The notes: generated from the letters alone by a model not told the origin. Numbered from the stretch's first letter, positions 18,457-29,612 are shown. The stretch is DNA of 64,000 nucleotides from Syntrophales bacterium (GCA_963666365.2 CAXXNF010000002.1:1024001-1088000); one strand, 5' to 3'. Translations and numbers: made by a program.

Positions 18457-19443
18457 TCATCCCCTGTGGAGAGTTGAGATCGGGAGGCAGATATCGATAA
18501 TCCATGACCCGGACGGGTGTCTATCGGGACTGTTGTAATATATTTCATAGAGGGGACGGCGCGTGCGCGGAAAATAACTCGACATCCACCAACCGAGAGT
18601 CAGCATCCTCCATGCCTCGACAATCTCGTCCATTGTTTGAAATTTCCCATGATACACGCCGTATTCCCCGGCAGGCAGACATTGGATGCGAATGCCGCTG
18701 GCCTCATCGGCTTCCATCCCTTCAGGGACCGAGAGGGACGCGTCATAGATGATCCGCCCCTCCGGGCCGGGGATAATCCCGACGGCTCCCAGCAGCAGGG
18801 AATTCCCCGTGAAAAGCCCTTTGGGCGCAGCCCACAGGGTCAATCTGCTCATGGCCTGGAAGAGCGGCTGAGAACCGGGATAGGCCACGGCCCTCACAGA
18901 GGCGACCTTTAGAGAGGGCATATCGACGACTCCCAGTTCCTGAAATGAATCCCCTCTCCCTTTTCTTTCTTTCCATGCGGGGATCTTGATAAACACGCCG
19001 TCCGCTCTGACTTCCCTCGGCAAGAGGTATCTCCACCCGTAGTTGCCTTCCATGTTTTGCATTTTCTTCGAAAAGGCAAAGTGGGTGTCAAGGTCGGCTC
19101 CGACCCGGTTGGGGGATAGGCCAAAATGAGTCTTAAATGCACGGGTGAACGACTGTGAACTCGAAAATCCGCAGGTGTACGCCACATCCGTAATGGAAGC
19201 ATACTCGCCGAATATAAGCATGCACGCAGATTGTTCCAAGCGTATGCGTCTGATGTGATCCCGCGGCGTTTCGCCGAAGGTCGCCCGGAACAGGCGGTGG
19301 AAGTGGAATTTTGAAAATCCAGCCATTGCGGCGAGTTCCGCGATGCGCATCTCTTCCGTATAATGATCCCTAACGTATGCTCGAATGTGCTCTAATCCGC
19401 TCTGATTTTGGTGGTTTGTGATTTCATGTGAAGTCGGCTGCAT
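18457..19443 (-). CDS. AraC regulator with GyrI-like effector domain
   Basis: FSKFHFHRLF, CGFSSSQSFTRAFK; C-terminal LPAGEY, YEIYYN, DICLP. Confidence 0.88.
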   Translation of the reverse strand: MQPTSHEITNHQNQSGLEHIRAYVRDHYTEEMRIAELAAMAGFSKFHFHRLFRATFGETPRDHIRRIRLEQSACMLIFGEYASITDVAYTCGFSSSQSFTRAFKTHFGLSPNRVGADLDTHFAFSKKMQNMEGNYGWRYLLPREVRADGVFIKIPAWKERKGRGDSFQELGVVDMPSLKVASVRAVAYPGSQPLFQAMSRLTLWAAPKGLFTGNSLLLGAVGIIPGPEGRIIYDASLSVPEGMEADEASGIRIQCLPAGEYGVYHGKFQTMDEIVEAWRMLTLGWWMSSYFPRTRRPLYEIYYNSPDRHPSGSWIIDICLPISTLHRG

Positions 19444-19462
19444 AGAATACGAATCTCAAGGG

Positions 19463-20389
19463 TTATAGTTTTATTGGCAGGCATACATCCACAATAGCCA
19501 GCTTCCGGGGGTTCATATCAGGATTGTTATAGCACTTAAAGAAAAAGGGTCTTTTGTCCCGCCGGAAACCACTGAGCGGCAGCCACTCATAGAAAAGACG
19601 GTTGCTTTCCCAAAAAAGTCGTTCCCAACTGCATTCACAACGCAGGATGGCGAACGCTCCACCAGGGAGGTGTTGTATGCGAATCTCCCCGTCGCCTTTA
19701 ATGTTTACTGAAACAGGGATGCACGCATCGAAGATGCAATCATCAGGAGATGTTGTTGCAGGATCACTCCAGCCAACAGCAATGGGGATCGCGGATGGGT
19801 CGGTGGCCGCTCCTGCAGCAACGGCCCATTGCATAAGTCGGAGAAAGGCATCTCTGTTTGATTCCGACCAATAGGGGCCGACATCCCGGATGTAAGCCAC
19901 GCGATAGGAGGGCAACTCCTGTATCTCAACATTGAGCGGCGCCTGGTCGGGATCCCCGTCTTTGCGGTCTTCCGCTATGCCGGTTATGTGCCGATCTGGA
20001 TTATTGCGCGCCGAAGTTGGAGATACCCCAAAATGCGCTTTAAAGGCCCTGGCAAAATTCTGAGAACTGGAGAACCCGCACGTCTCTGCAATCTGTGCAA
20101 TGGAGGCATTTAAATCCGTCGTGAGCAGACGGGCGGCATGTTCAAGGCGCACGCGACGTACATAGTCATGCACTGTCTCCTTAAAGTATTCGTGAAACAA
20201 CCGGTGAAAATGATATTTGGAAAAATGGGCAACCGCTGCCAGTTTTTCGAGGCTTAAGTCTTCAGGGTAATGACGATTAATGTATTCCGTAACGCGATTA
20301 AGATGTGATTGACTGGCCTCTTTTGGACTAGTGTCGAAATTATCAGCCACAGAACTAATCCTTCTTGCTGCCGATTCGGAACGGGTCAC
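19463..20389 (-). CDS. AraC regulator with GyrI-like effector domain (paralogue)
   Basis: FSKYHFHRLF, CGFSSSQNFARAFK, VAYIRDVGPY, EWLPLSG. Confidence 0.88.
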   Translation of the reverse strand: MTRSESAARRISSVADNFDTSPKEASQSHLNRVTEYINRHYPEDLSLEKLAAVAHFSKYHFHRLFHEYFKETVHDYVRRVRLEHAARLLTTDLNASIAQIAETCGFSSSQNFARAFKAHFGVSPTSARNNPDRHITGIAEDRKDGDPDQAPLNVEIQELPSYRVAYIRDVGPYWSESNRDAFLRLMQWAVAAGAATDPSAIPIAVGWSDPATTSPDDCIFDACIPVSVNIKGDGEIRIQHLPGGAFAILRCECSWERLFWESNRLFYEWLPLSGFRRDKRPFFFKCYNNPDMNPRKLAIVDVCLPIKL

Positions 20390-20404
20390 AACCCAAACAT
20401 GTCC

Positions 20405-22045
20405 CTAGCTGCCATATTTTTCCGTATACCGTTTCACCAGCTTGTATTTCTGTACTTTCCCGCTTGCCGTCATGGGGATGTCCTCGGTAATTTCCCAGTA
20501 GAGGGGGACTTTGTGGCGCGCGATACGCCCCCTTGAGTATTCAACAAGCTCTTCTGGCGTAATTTCAACATCCTTTTCAGACACAACGACGGCAAGAATC
20601 TGTTCGCCATATTTTTTGTCGGGAATGCCCACCACATACACGTCCTGTACTTTTGGATGGGTGTGAAGAAATTCTTCTATCTCCCGTGGATAGATATTTT
20701 CCCCTCCGCGAATGATCATGTCCTTGATTCTACCGCTCACGATAAAATATCCTTCGTCGTCCACCGACCCCAGATCGCCGGTGTGAAGCCACCCCTCATC
20801 ATCGATGGCCTCTGTCGTTTCTTCGGGCATCTTGTAATAGCCCTTCATGACACAGGGACTCCGTGTTATTATTTCTCCCTGATGTCCGGCAGGCAGGTCC
20901 TCCCTTGTCTCCGGGTCTATTATCTTTGCCTCGACGCCATCGAAGAGCCTTCCTACCGTGGCTACCCGCTTTTCGATGGGATCATCGCGTCGCGTCATCG
21001 TCATCACGGGAGAACTCTCCGTCAAGCCATAGGCAATGACGATCTCCGGACAATGCATGTCTTTCATGACCCGTTTCATCGATTCTATGGGACAGGGCGC
21101 TCCGGCCATGATGCCCGTTCGCAGCGACAAAAGGTTGTACTTTCTGAACTCAGGATGACTCATTATGGCGATAAACATGGTAGGGACGCCATTGACAGCA
21201 GTGCACTTTTCCGCCTCTATCGCTTTCAAGGACTCCAATGGATCAAAGTATTCCATAAGCACCATGGTCGATCCGTAATAGACACAGTTGAGTGTACTCA
21301 TTACACAGCCGAAACAGTGGAAAAGGGGAACCTGAATCAAAAGCCGATCCCTTTCGGACATGCCCATGACTTCGCCCACCATGCGCGCGTTATTGACGAT
21401 ATTGTAATGGGTCAGCATCACCCCCTTGGGAAAACCTGTCGTACCGGAGGTGTACTGCATATTAACGACGTCATGACAACTCACCGATTCTTCTCGAAGC
21501 GCCAGCGCTTCATCCGAAATCAACGTTCCCGCCTCAATCACCTCTTCAAAGCGCAGCATACCGGGAACTTTCTCTCTCTTTCCGATGTAGACGACATTAT
21601 TGAGACAGGGAAGTTGCTCTACCGCAGTCGAACCCGGCTCCGATCGATCCAGATCGGGAATCACCTCTCGCACCGTTTCATAGTAATTGGTATCTCGATA
21701 TTCTTCGATAAGAACGAGCGTGGTTGTATCGGATTGCCGTAAAATATACTCCAGTTCATGGGACTTGTAGTTTGTATTGACCGTCACCAACACCGCCCCG
21801 ATCATGCCGAGACCGAATTGCATGTACACCCATTCGGGTACGTTGGTGGCCCAGACTGAAACCTTGTCCCCCGGTTCAACGCCCACAGCCATGAACCCCT
21901 TGGCGACCCGGACACAGGCATCATGAAATTCCTCATAGGTTTGACGGATACCGAATCCGGGACAGATAAGGGCCTCCCGGGCGGCATATTTTTGCGCAGT
22001 CTTTCGCAACAGACGACCGATAGTAAGATCCTGAAACTCTCCCAT
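20405..22045 (-). CDS. AMP-dependent acyl-CoA synthetase
   Basis: YTSGTTGFPKG, AYGLTE, WLHTGD, GRIKDMIIRGGEN, SGKVQK. Confidence 0.93.
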   Translation of the reverse strand: MGEFQDLTIGRLLRKTAQKYAAREALICPGFGIRQTYEEFHDACVRVAKGFMAVGVEPGDKVSVWATNVPEWVYMQFGLGMIGAVLVTVNTNYKSHELEYILRQSDTTTLVLIEEYRDTNYYETVREVIPDLDRSEPGSTAVEQLPCLNNVVYIGKREKVPGMLRFEEVIEAGTLISDEALALREESVSCHDVVNMQYTSGTTGFPKGVMLTHYNIVNNARMVGEVMGMSERDRLLIQVPLFHCFGCVMSTLNCVYYGSTMVLMEYFDPLESLKAIEAEKCTAVNGVPTMFIAIMSHPEFRKYNLLSLRTGIMAGAPCPIESMKRVMKDMHCPEIVIAYGLTESSPVMTMTRRDDPIEKRVATVGRLFDGVEAKIIDPETREDLPAGHQGEIITRSPCVMKGYYKMPEETTEAIDDEGWLHTGDLGSVDDEGYFIVSGRIKDMIIRGGENIYPREIEEFLHTHPKVQDVYVVGIPDKKYGEQILAVVVSEKDVEITPEELVEYSRGRIARHKVPLYWEITEDIPMTASGKVQKYKLVKRYTEKYGS

Positions 22046-22291
22046 AACCCCACCCCCTGCTGTCAGTATGTAATCGGTATCGCTCCTGTGATAGTGTTTT
22101 CTTATTGTCTATGTCAAGAGAAAGTTCGCCTATTCCATGCAGGATGATGTCATGGGTTACAGACACAATATATAGTAGCATTGTTATTCACCACTACATT
22201 CTGTTGTGTTTTTTCTTTACATTACACATTTATTCTGGTAGATTCGCCAAAAGTTTGATTTTGGCAGAGCAACCTCACGGGAAATCCCTTT

Positions 22292-25200
22292 ATGAAGCTG
22301 AAAACGATTAGTATTCTGGGTTTTAAATCATTCAGAGATAAAACGTCTCTCAGTTTTTCACCCGGAATCAGTGCCATTGTGGGTCCGAACGGATGCGGAA
22401 AAAGTAATGTCGTTGATGCGATCCGCTGGGTAATGGGGGAACAGCGAATCACTCTGCTGCGCGGGAAAAAAATGGAAGATGTGATTTTCAATGGAAGCGA
22501 AGACGCCCTGCCCGTCAGCATGGCCGAAGTCGCCATCACACTCGAAAACGACGACAAGAAAATACAAAACAAATATTCCGATTGCACGGAAGTCACCGTG
22601 GCAAGAAAAATCTTTCGCGACGGCGAAAGCGAATACACCATAAACAACGTTCCCTGCCGCCTCCTCGATGTCCGCGAATTCTTTATGGATGCAGGAGTTG
22701 GGTCCCGGACGTATTCGATTGTTGAGCAGGAAAAAGTCTCCCGTCTTATTGAAGCGAAACCTGATGAACGGCGCCAGTTTATCGAAGAGGCGGCAGGGAT
22801 CATCAAATACAAATCCCGCAAAGAATCGGCCACCCGCAAGATGGAAGCCACCCGCCAGAATATGCTACGTCTTAACGACATTGCCGGCGAAGTAAAAACA
22901 CAACTTAACGCCACCTCCAGACAGGCAAAAAAGGCAGAGCGATTCAAAACCCTGAAACAGGAAGTAAGGGAAGCGCAGATCTCCCTTTCTCTGCAGCTCT
23001 TCGGCGATCTCATCAGTAAACGTGAAGCCCTGGAGAAAGACAATCAGGCACTGGAATCCAGACGCATCGAAGCGGAAACTTCCGCACACACACTGGAAGC
23101 ATCCATAGAAGAGCTCAAGGCAACGCTTGCTGAAAACGAAACGGCAGCGGCCGCCTTTCAGGAACGGTTTTACGCGCTGAAAAATGAAATCAGCATTAAG
23201 GAACAAAGGATAGATTTCTCAAAAAAAACGATCGCCGATCTTCAAAACAAAGAAACCAATGATGTTGCAGAAATAGCGGAACTGAAGCGACGTCGTGAAG
23301 CAATTGAAAACGAAATCGTAACGCTGGAACGTTCGCTCGCCGAGTCTGAAGGCAATATCGCCGAGGCTCGTGAAGCGATTGCCGTACAACAGGGAATCGT
23401 GGACGGACTCAAGGAGCGGGAACTTGAGACCCGTGAGGAACTTGATACCTTGAAGACGGGACATATCGCGGTAATAACGGAAAGCGGCCGTCTCAAAAAT
23501 CTGCTGTCATCGATTGAAAAAGAAATCGAAAATCTCACTCGAAAGGCGGCGCGTGAAACCGAAGAAATAAATGACCACAACAAAAAAGTTGCGCTGCTGA
23601 AACAGACATTGGCTGCTCAGAAAGCCAATCTTGCATCGTCGGAACGCCGCATCGCCGAGCTCAAGGAAAGGGAAGCGACCTACAGGGAAGAACTGGCAGT
23701 CTTAAGTGAACAGTTTGACATTGTGGGCGGCACTGTCGAAGATCTCAAGGAGCAGATCGGCATGAAGGCCTCCCGTCTCGCCTCCTTGCGACAGTTACAG
23801 GAAAGCTTCGAATGGTGCACCGAAGGGACACGGTGCATACTGAAGGAATCGCGGCAATCCTCATGGACGGCGGGACAGATACACGGTCTTGTAGCCGATT
23901 ACATGGAGGTGCCCAAAGAATATGAAACGGCCGTTGAAGCGGCCCTCGGCGAGAAACTCCAGTACATCGTAGTGGACAACCAGGATGACGGGATCAGGGC
24001 TATCGACTTTCTAAAACAGCGTTCCTTCGGAAGGGGAAGCTTTGTGCCTCTCAGGACCGACTGCGCCCCTTCAAAACAGGCACTCCCCCACTACCTGGAA
24101 GAAACTGTAAAGCTCACCGACGTGGTTGGCGTGCGCGGCACTGACATGAACAGGTTCGTGGATATGCTTCTCGGCGACGTGCTTTTGATCCCCGACCTTC
24201 CCACAGGCAAAGACCTGTGGAAAAGAAACGGGTTTACCGGAACTTTCGTCACTCCGGAAGGTGATATTATAAGCCACGAGGGAATCCTCACCGGAGGGAG
24301 CGCCGGCGGCAACGGCCACTCGCTGCTTCGTAACAAACGTGAGATCGCAGAGCTTGATCGAGAGATTGAAGGACTCACAAGAAATCTGGGAGAAGAGCGG
24401 AATCGCAAAGAGGAAATCGCCTTTTCCATCGAAGAACGGAGAGGCGAACTGGAAAATATCAGAAAGGGCATTCATGAAGCAGATCTCTCCATCAACGGTG
24501 CGCGGAAAGATGTAGAACGCACCGAAGGCGAAATATCATGGATAGATCAGCGCATCAGGGTGTTGAACTTCAATAAAGAGAATGTCGAACGGGAAGAACG
24601 GGATTCTAAAGGCCGGATCGATGAACTGAAGCAGTCCCTGGCCGCCAACGAGGCGACGCTCACCCGAGACAACGACACAATCGCTCACATGCAGGAACAG
24701 TGGCGGGTCATCACTGGAGAACTGGAAGAACAGGAATCCCGACTGATCGACCGGAAGATCGCTCTTACCACGCGCGAGGAAAGAACGTCCTCAAGCGTGC
24801 GTTCCCTTCAAAATCTCCGCACCACTCTTCGGGAAATGGAAGACCGCATTGCCTCAAACAGTCGCGACATCAGTGAATTCAAGACAAAAATACAGGATTT
24901 GACCGAGGAAATCATGACCACTGAGGAGGGACTTCATACTCTTTACGACAACTATGAAAATGTGGAAAAGGAGCTTGGAGAAACGCGAGAGCGGCACAAT
25001 GCCCTGGAAACCCTGCGGAGGACACGCGAAGGGGAATATCAAACAGCAAAAAAGGTCTGCGACGGAATACTCAAGGACATCGGCCGGCTCGCCTTGGAAA
25101 TCAAGGAAGCAACCATGCAGACCGAGGCGCTTTCAGAGGGGGTTGACGACAAGTACCAGGTTCAGTTGGCGGCCTTGCTACCCGAATTTACCCCTCTCGA

Positions 25201-25855
25201 TGAGGAACAAAGACACGCCCTCGAAGAGCGCCTTAAAGAGGGAAAACGGCGCCTTGAAGATTTCGGAGAAGTGAATCTACTGGCCCTGAGCGAGCATGAA
25301 GAACTGAAAGAGCGGCATGAGTTTCTGACAACACAGTTGAACGATCTTGCCACCTCTCTCGAAACGCTTCAGAAAACCATTTCCCGGATCAATCAGATCA
25401 CAAGAAAGCGATTTTCAGATACCTTCGAGGCGGTTAACGACAACTTCAAGAAGGTTTTCCCCAGATTGTTCCCCGGCGGCCGCGGATCGCTCCAATTGAC
25501 CGATGAAACGGACATGCTGGAAACGGGCGTGGACATCGAAATTCAAATACCGGGGAAAAAGCGTCAAAATCTGTCGCTTCTTTCCGGCGGAGAAAAGGCC
25601 CTTGCGGCCGTTTCACTGATCTTTGCCATCCTGATGCACAGACCCACGCCATTCCTCATTCTTGATGAGGCTGACGCTCCCCTTGACGACACCAACGTCA
25701 CGCTTTTCACTCGGCTGATTGAAGAAATCGCCCGAGAATCCCAAATTATCTATATCACCCACAACAAACGAACCATGGAGGCCGCCGACAATCTTGTCGG
25801 GGTTACCATGCAAAAGAGCGGCATTTCATCCATCGTCTCCGTCAACATGAACTGA
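22292..25855 (+). CDS. smc: Chromosome segregation protein SMC
   Basis: GFKSF, Walker A GPNGCGKSN, coiled coils and hinge, LSGGEK, LILDE. Confidence 0.96.
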   Translation: MKLKTISILGFKSFRDKTSLSFSPGISAIVGPNGCGKSNVVDAIRWVMGEQRITLLRGKKMEDVIFNGSEDALPVSMAEVAITLENDDKKIQNKYSDCTEVTVARKIFRDGESEYTINNVPCRLLDVREFFMDAGVGSRTYSIVEQEKVSRLIEAKPDERRQFIEEAAGIIKYKSRKESATRKMEATRQNMLRLNDIAGEVKTQLNATSRQAKKAERFKTLKQEVREAQISLSLQLFGDLISKREALEKDNQALESRRIEAETSAHTLEASIEELKATLAENETAAAAFQERFYALKNEISIKEQRIDFSKKTIADLQNKETNDVAEIAELKRRREAIENEIVTLERSLAESEGNIAEAREAIAVQQGIVDGLKERELETREELDTLKTGHIAVITESGRLKNLLSSIEKEIENLTRKAARETEEINDHNKKVALLKQTLAAQKANLASSERRIAELKEREATYREELAVLSEQFDIVGGTVEDLKEQIGMKASRLASLRQLQESFEWCTEGTRCILKESRQSSWTAGQIHGLVADYMEVPKEYETAVEAALGEKLQYIVVDNQDDGIRAIDFLKQRSFGRGSFVPLRTDCAPSKQALPHYLEETVKLTDVVGVRGTDMNRFVDMLLGDVLLIPDLPTGKDLWKRNGFTGTFVTPEGDIISHEGILTGGSAGGNGHSLLRNKREIAELDREIEGLTRNLGEERNRKEEIAFSIEERRGELENIRKGIHEADLSINGARKDVERTEGEISWIDQRIRVLNFNKENVEREERDSKGRIDELKQSLAANEATLTRDNDTIAHMQEQWRVITGELEEQESRLIDRKIALTTREERTSSSVRSLQNLRTTLREMEDRIASNSRDISEFKTKIQDLTEEIMTTEEGLHTLYDNYENVEKELGETRERHNALETLRRTREGEYQTAKKVCDGILKDIGRLALEIKEATMQTEALSEGVDDKYQVQLAALLPEFTPLDEEQRHALEERLKEGKRRLEDFGEVNLLALSEHEELKERHEFLTTQLNDLATSLETLQKTISRINQITRKRFSDTFEAVNDNFKKVFPRLFPGGRGSLQLTDETDMLETGVDIEIQIPGKKRQNLSLLSGGEKALAAVSLIFAILMHRPTPFLILDEADAPLDDTNVTLFTRLIEEIARESQIIYITHNKRTMEAADNLVGVTMQKSGISSIVSVNMN

Positions 25856-26012
25856 CAGAACCTCTCCCGTTTTACCGCACCGGCGTTCACAAAATCGGCA
25901 TTCTGCCTATCCACTTGCGCCTTTACATATTCAGCCAAACAGGGTAGAAGACAGAAATTGTCAAACCGGCTCAGGTTATATTCGCATACACAAAGGAGCA
26001 TATTACATAATC

Positions 26013-26951
26013 ATGGCATCAGGTGAAACAAAGCAGGGTTTTTTTTCAAGGCTGAAATCGGGACTTTCCAAGTCAAGCAAATTTCTTGTCAGAAACATCG
26101 ACGAAATGATATCAGGCGAAAAGATAGTCTCCCGGGACATCTTTGAGGATCTCGAAGAAATACTTATTGCCGCCGATCTGGGACCGTCCTTTACCTATAA
26201 CCTCATCGAAGAAATGAGAGAACGGGCAAGGCGAAAAGAGCTGCAAAGCCCTGAAGCGCTGAAAAAAATCATGATGAACAACATGGCGGCTATCCTGAGG
26301 GAGAGCGAGGCCCCTCTTAAAATACCGAAAAACTCACTCTTTACCATCATGGTAGTAGGCGTGAACGGGACAGGAAAAACGACGACCATAGGGAAACTCG
26401 CCTCTTATTTTACACAACAGGGCCTGAACGTGATGCTTGCCGCTGCCGACACGTTCCGCGCCGCTGCAATCGAACAGCTTGAGATCTGGGGTACGCGCAC
26501 CAAATCGCCCATTATCAAGCAGAGCATGGGCGCCGACCCCTCCGCCGTGGTCTTCGATGCCATCAAGGCGGCAAAGGCCAGAGGGACGAACGTGCTCATA
26601 ATTGATACGGCAGGAAGACTTCACACCAAAACAAACCTCATGGACGAACTTAAAAAAATACAACGCATCATGGGACGGGAGCTGCCCGGGGCGCCCCACG
26701 AGACACTGCTCGTGCTCGATGCCACCACGGGACAGAATGCGCTGGTGCAGGCCCAGATGTTCAATGCCGAAATCGGCATCACGGGCCTTGTCCTTACAAA
26801 ACTTGACGGAACGGCAAAAGGCGGCATCGTGATACGCATTGCCGACGAAATGAGGGTTCCCATCCGCTACATCGGCATAGGTGAAAAGGTGGACGATCTG
26901 CGCCCCTTCAACGGCACGGATTTTGTGAAAGCCCTCCTTGCCGAGGATTAA
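26013..26951 (+). CDS. ftsY: SRP receptor FtsY
   Basis: GVNGTGKTTTIGKLA, DTFRAAA, DTAGR, TKLDGTAKGG. Confidence 0.96.
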   Translation: MASGETKQGFFSRLKSGLSKSSKFLVRNIDEMISGEKIVSRDIFEDLEEILIAADLGPSFTYNLIEEMRERARRKELQSPEALKKIMMNNMAAILRESEAPLKIPKNSLFTIMVVGVNGTGKTTTIGKLASYFTQQGLNVMLAAADTFRAAAIEQLEIWGTRTKSPIIKQSMGADPSAVVFDAIKAAKARGTNVLIIDTAGRLHTKTNLMDELKKIQRIMGRELPGAPHETLLVLDATTGQNALVQAQMFNAEIGITGLVLTKLDGTAKGGIVIRIADEMRVPIRYIGIGEKVDDLRPFNGTDFVKALLAED

Positions 26952-27039
26952 TGCGCCAAATCGCTGATGGGGCGCGAACAGAGGATACGACCAAGGAAGA
27001 ATTCGATTCCTGCAGAGATACCGCCTGCGATGAGAGAAA

Positions 27040-27684
27040 ATGATGGACCGGATATTTGCCATCGGAGATATTCACGGCTGCATCGACAAGCTCGAAATTC
27101 TCATTCGCCGCATACCCATCGACGGTGACAGGGACACCCTTCTATTCATCGGAGATTACATCGATCGAGGCCCCGACTCGAAAAAGGTCGTAGAGTGTGT
27201 GCTTGACCTGAGGAGGCAGCTCAACAAGGTAATCTGCCTTATGGGAAATCACGAGGATATGCTCCTGAACTATGTCCTGCACCATAAAGACGGCGCCATG
27301 TACCTTTCAAACGGAGGCGAGGCAACGGCCGCCTCATACGGATATCGACATACAGAGCGAGGACGAACAATTGACATTCCCTCTCACCACATGGAATTTT
27401 TTACCACCCTTCTCCCCTATTACGAAACGGAGGATTTTATTTTCGTGCATGCCGGTCTCAGACCGAAAATTCCTATAGGGGAACAAAGCGCCCATGATAT
27501 GCTGTGGATACGTCACGAATTCATACTGTCGGACTGGAATTTCGGGAAAACCGTCGTCTTCGGCCATACGCCGCGAGACGTACCCATTCTGGAGCCCGAC
27601 AAGATCGGAATCGACACGGGTGCGGTCTATGGAGGAAATCTCACCTGCATTGAACTGCCGGAACGAATAATCCACCAGGCATAA
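27040..27684 (+). CDS. Metallophosphoesterase (Ser/Thr phosphatase family)
   Basis: GDIHG, GDYIDRG, GNHE, HAG, FGHTP. Confidence 0.92.
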   Translation: MMDRIFAIGDIHGCIDKLEILIRRIPIDGDRDTLLFIGDYIDRGPDSKKVVECVLDLRRQLNKVICLMGNHEDMLLNYVLHHKDGAMYLSNGGEATAASYGYRHTERGRTIDIPSHHMEFFTTLLPYYETEDFIFVHAGLRPKIPIGEQSAHDMLWIRHEFILSDWNFGKTVVFGHTPRDVPILEPDKIGIDTGAVYGGNLTCIELPERIIHQA

Positions 27685-27689
27685 CACAC

Positions 27690-28577
27690 ATGAAAACCAT
27701 TGAATGTATACCGAATTTCAGCGAGGGGAAAAACAGGCAGGTGGTGGAAGCCATAGTCGAGGCCTGTGCAACCGTGCCGGGGGTCAAAATTCTCGATTAC
27801 AGCATGGACTGCGATCACCATAGAAGCGTTCTCACATTCATCGGCTCTCCCGAAGCGGTGGAGGCAGGAGCGGCAGCGGCCTGCGACAGGGCCTTGGAGC
27901 TGATCGACATGGGCGTCCACACCGGCATTCACCCTCGCATCGGCGCCGTTGACGTAGTGCCCTTCGTGCCCTTGCGTGGTGCGACAATGGATGATGCCGT
28001 GAAAGCAGCGCACAGTTTCGGTACGGCTTTTGCCGAACGAAACAGCGTGCCCGTCTATTTTTACGGAGCGGCGGCACTCTCTCCTGAACGAAGGATACTC
28101 TCTGCCGTCAGAAAGGGACAATACGAAAAACTCGAGGAAAAAATCGCCGATCCCGCATGGCGTCCCGATGCGGGGCCGGCACGATTTAATACAAAATGCG
28201 GCGCCACTGCAGTAGGCGCCCGCAAGCCTCTGATCGCCTTCAACATCAACCTCAACTGCAACGATCTCCGCATCGCACAGGACATAGCCCGAGCGATCCG
28301 CCAGTCAGACGGCGGGCTTCCGCACGTACAGGCATTGGGACTTCGGTTACAAAGCCGCGGCATAGTCCAGGTTTCCATGAACCTGATTGATTACGAAGAA
28401 ACCTCACTCTGCACGGTCTTTGATACTGTAAAGGCAAAAGCAGCCGCCGCAGGCATCGACATTCTCGAATCTGAACTGATCGGCCTCATTCCGGAAGCGG
28501 CCCTGGAAGGCGCCACCGCCAAACACCTTCAGCTCTGCGACTTTTGCGAAGCACGGATTATCGAGAATCACCTTTAA
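27690..28577 (+). CDS. ftcD: Glutamate formimidoyltransferase
   Basis: IECIPNFSEG, DHHRSV, HPRIGAVDVVPFVP, QVSMNL. Confidence 0.9.
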   Translation: MKTIECIPNFSEGKNRQVVEAIVEACATVPGVKILDYSMDCDHHRSVLTFIGSPEAVEAGAAAACDRALELIDMGVHTGIHPRIGAVDVVPFVPLRGATMDDAVKAAHSFGTAFAERNSVPVYFYGAAALSPERRILSAVRKGQYEKLEEKIADPAWRPDAGPARFNTKCGATAVGARKPLIAFNINLNCNDLRIAQDIARAIRQSDGGLPHVQALGLRLQSRGIVQVSMNLIDYEETSLCTVFDTVKAKAAAAGIDILESELIGLIPEAALEGATAKHLQLCDFCEARIIENHL

Positions 28578-28685
28578 ATGACACCGCTCCTGAAACACAG
28601 CGAGGGCCGCAGAGACAACCATGCCTGTCGAGAAGTCGAGATGAGGTAAGAAAATATGGATCTGAGGAAAGCGGGAAAGTCAATA

Positions 28686-28714
28686 TTGACAGCACCTACA
28701 AATAATGATAGACA
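28686..28714 (+). promoter_or_regulatory. Sigma70-type promoter of the tRNA
   Basis: TTGACA-N17-TAGACA about 20 bp before the tRNA. Confidence 0.5.
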
Positions 28715-28735
28715 GCACCATTCCTCACCATAAAT

Positions 28736-28812
28736 GCCCCCGTAGCTCAGTAGGATAGAGCAACGGATTCCTAATCCGTGTGCCGTGTGTTCGAATCACA
28801 CCGGGGGCACCA
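28736..28812 (+). tRNA. tRNA-Arg (anticodon CCT)
   Basis: Cloverleaf: GCCCCCG/CGGGGGC acceptor stem, ACGGA-TTCCTAA-TCCGT anticodon arm, TTCGAAT T-loop, encoded CCA. Confidence 0.95.
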
Positions 28813-28814
28813 TA

Positions 28815-28858
28815 AAATCAAGGCCTTACGTCACTGTTCGATGTAAGGCCTTTTTGAT
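28815..28858 (+). terminator. Hairpin/terminator after the tRNA
   Basis: AAGGCCTTAC...GTAAGGCCTTTTT. Confidence 0.7.
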
Positions 28859-28925
28859 ATGGGCTTCATGTCGCCACCATGTAGCCACTACCGACGCGTA
28901 TATTAAGGGGACACAACACTTAATT

Positions 28926-29612
28926 CTATTTTTCTTTTCTCTTCGGCCCGGGTTTTTGCCGTTGCAGTATGCGTCCTGTCAGTTTCTCTATTTTCTTCAC
29001 AAAATCTAAATCACCTGCCGGACGTCCTGTTCTTGTAGATTTTCTCACTATATCTATGTCATCATTTCCATCAATACGCTCATCCAAATATTGTCGCCAA
29101 TCCTCTACCAGTCCATATAAATCCCGGCATTTTACGAGAACATCGTGCGTAGTATCGCCAACGTGGTATGCGGCACTAGACCACGCATACTCCCACGCAT
29201 GCACAACCATACCTGCAGCGACGGGATTATTCTCGACATAACGCACCGCAGCCAGCAAATGACGCTCATCAAGCACACAGGAAGCAAAACGCCCCTGGAA
29301 TAAATATCCCTTAACATTATCGCCAAAATTCTTCATACGAGTATACCGCTTGTGGGCTTCACCGAATCCCCTGGCAAGAGAAGTTTCCCTGCGCGGCACC
29401 GCTATGAAATGAACGTGATTGGTCATCAGACACCAGGCAAGAACGTCCACCTCAAACCTCAGGTGCTCCTCTTTTATAAACCTTAAATACCGGCCCCGAT
29501 CATGGTCGCTATGAAAAATATCCAAAGATCGAACACCACGCTGGGTAATATGATGTGGATGATCTACAGCAACAATTCTTGACATTCTAGGCATATAAGT
29601 TCCTTCCGCCAA
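28926..29612 (-). mobile_element. Y1 (IS200-like / RAYT-type) HUH transposase
   Basis: HHITQRG, WCLMTNHVH, LFQGRF, RYVENNPV, WSS; flanked by inverted GGGGACA..TAATT motifs. Confidence 0.87.
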
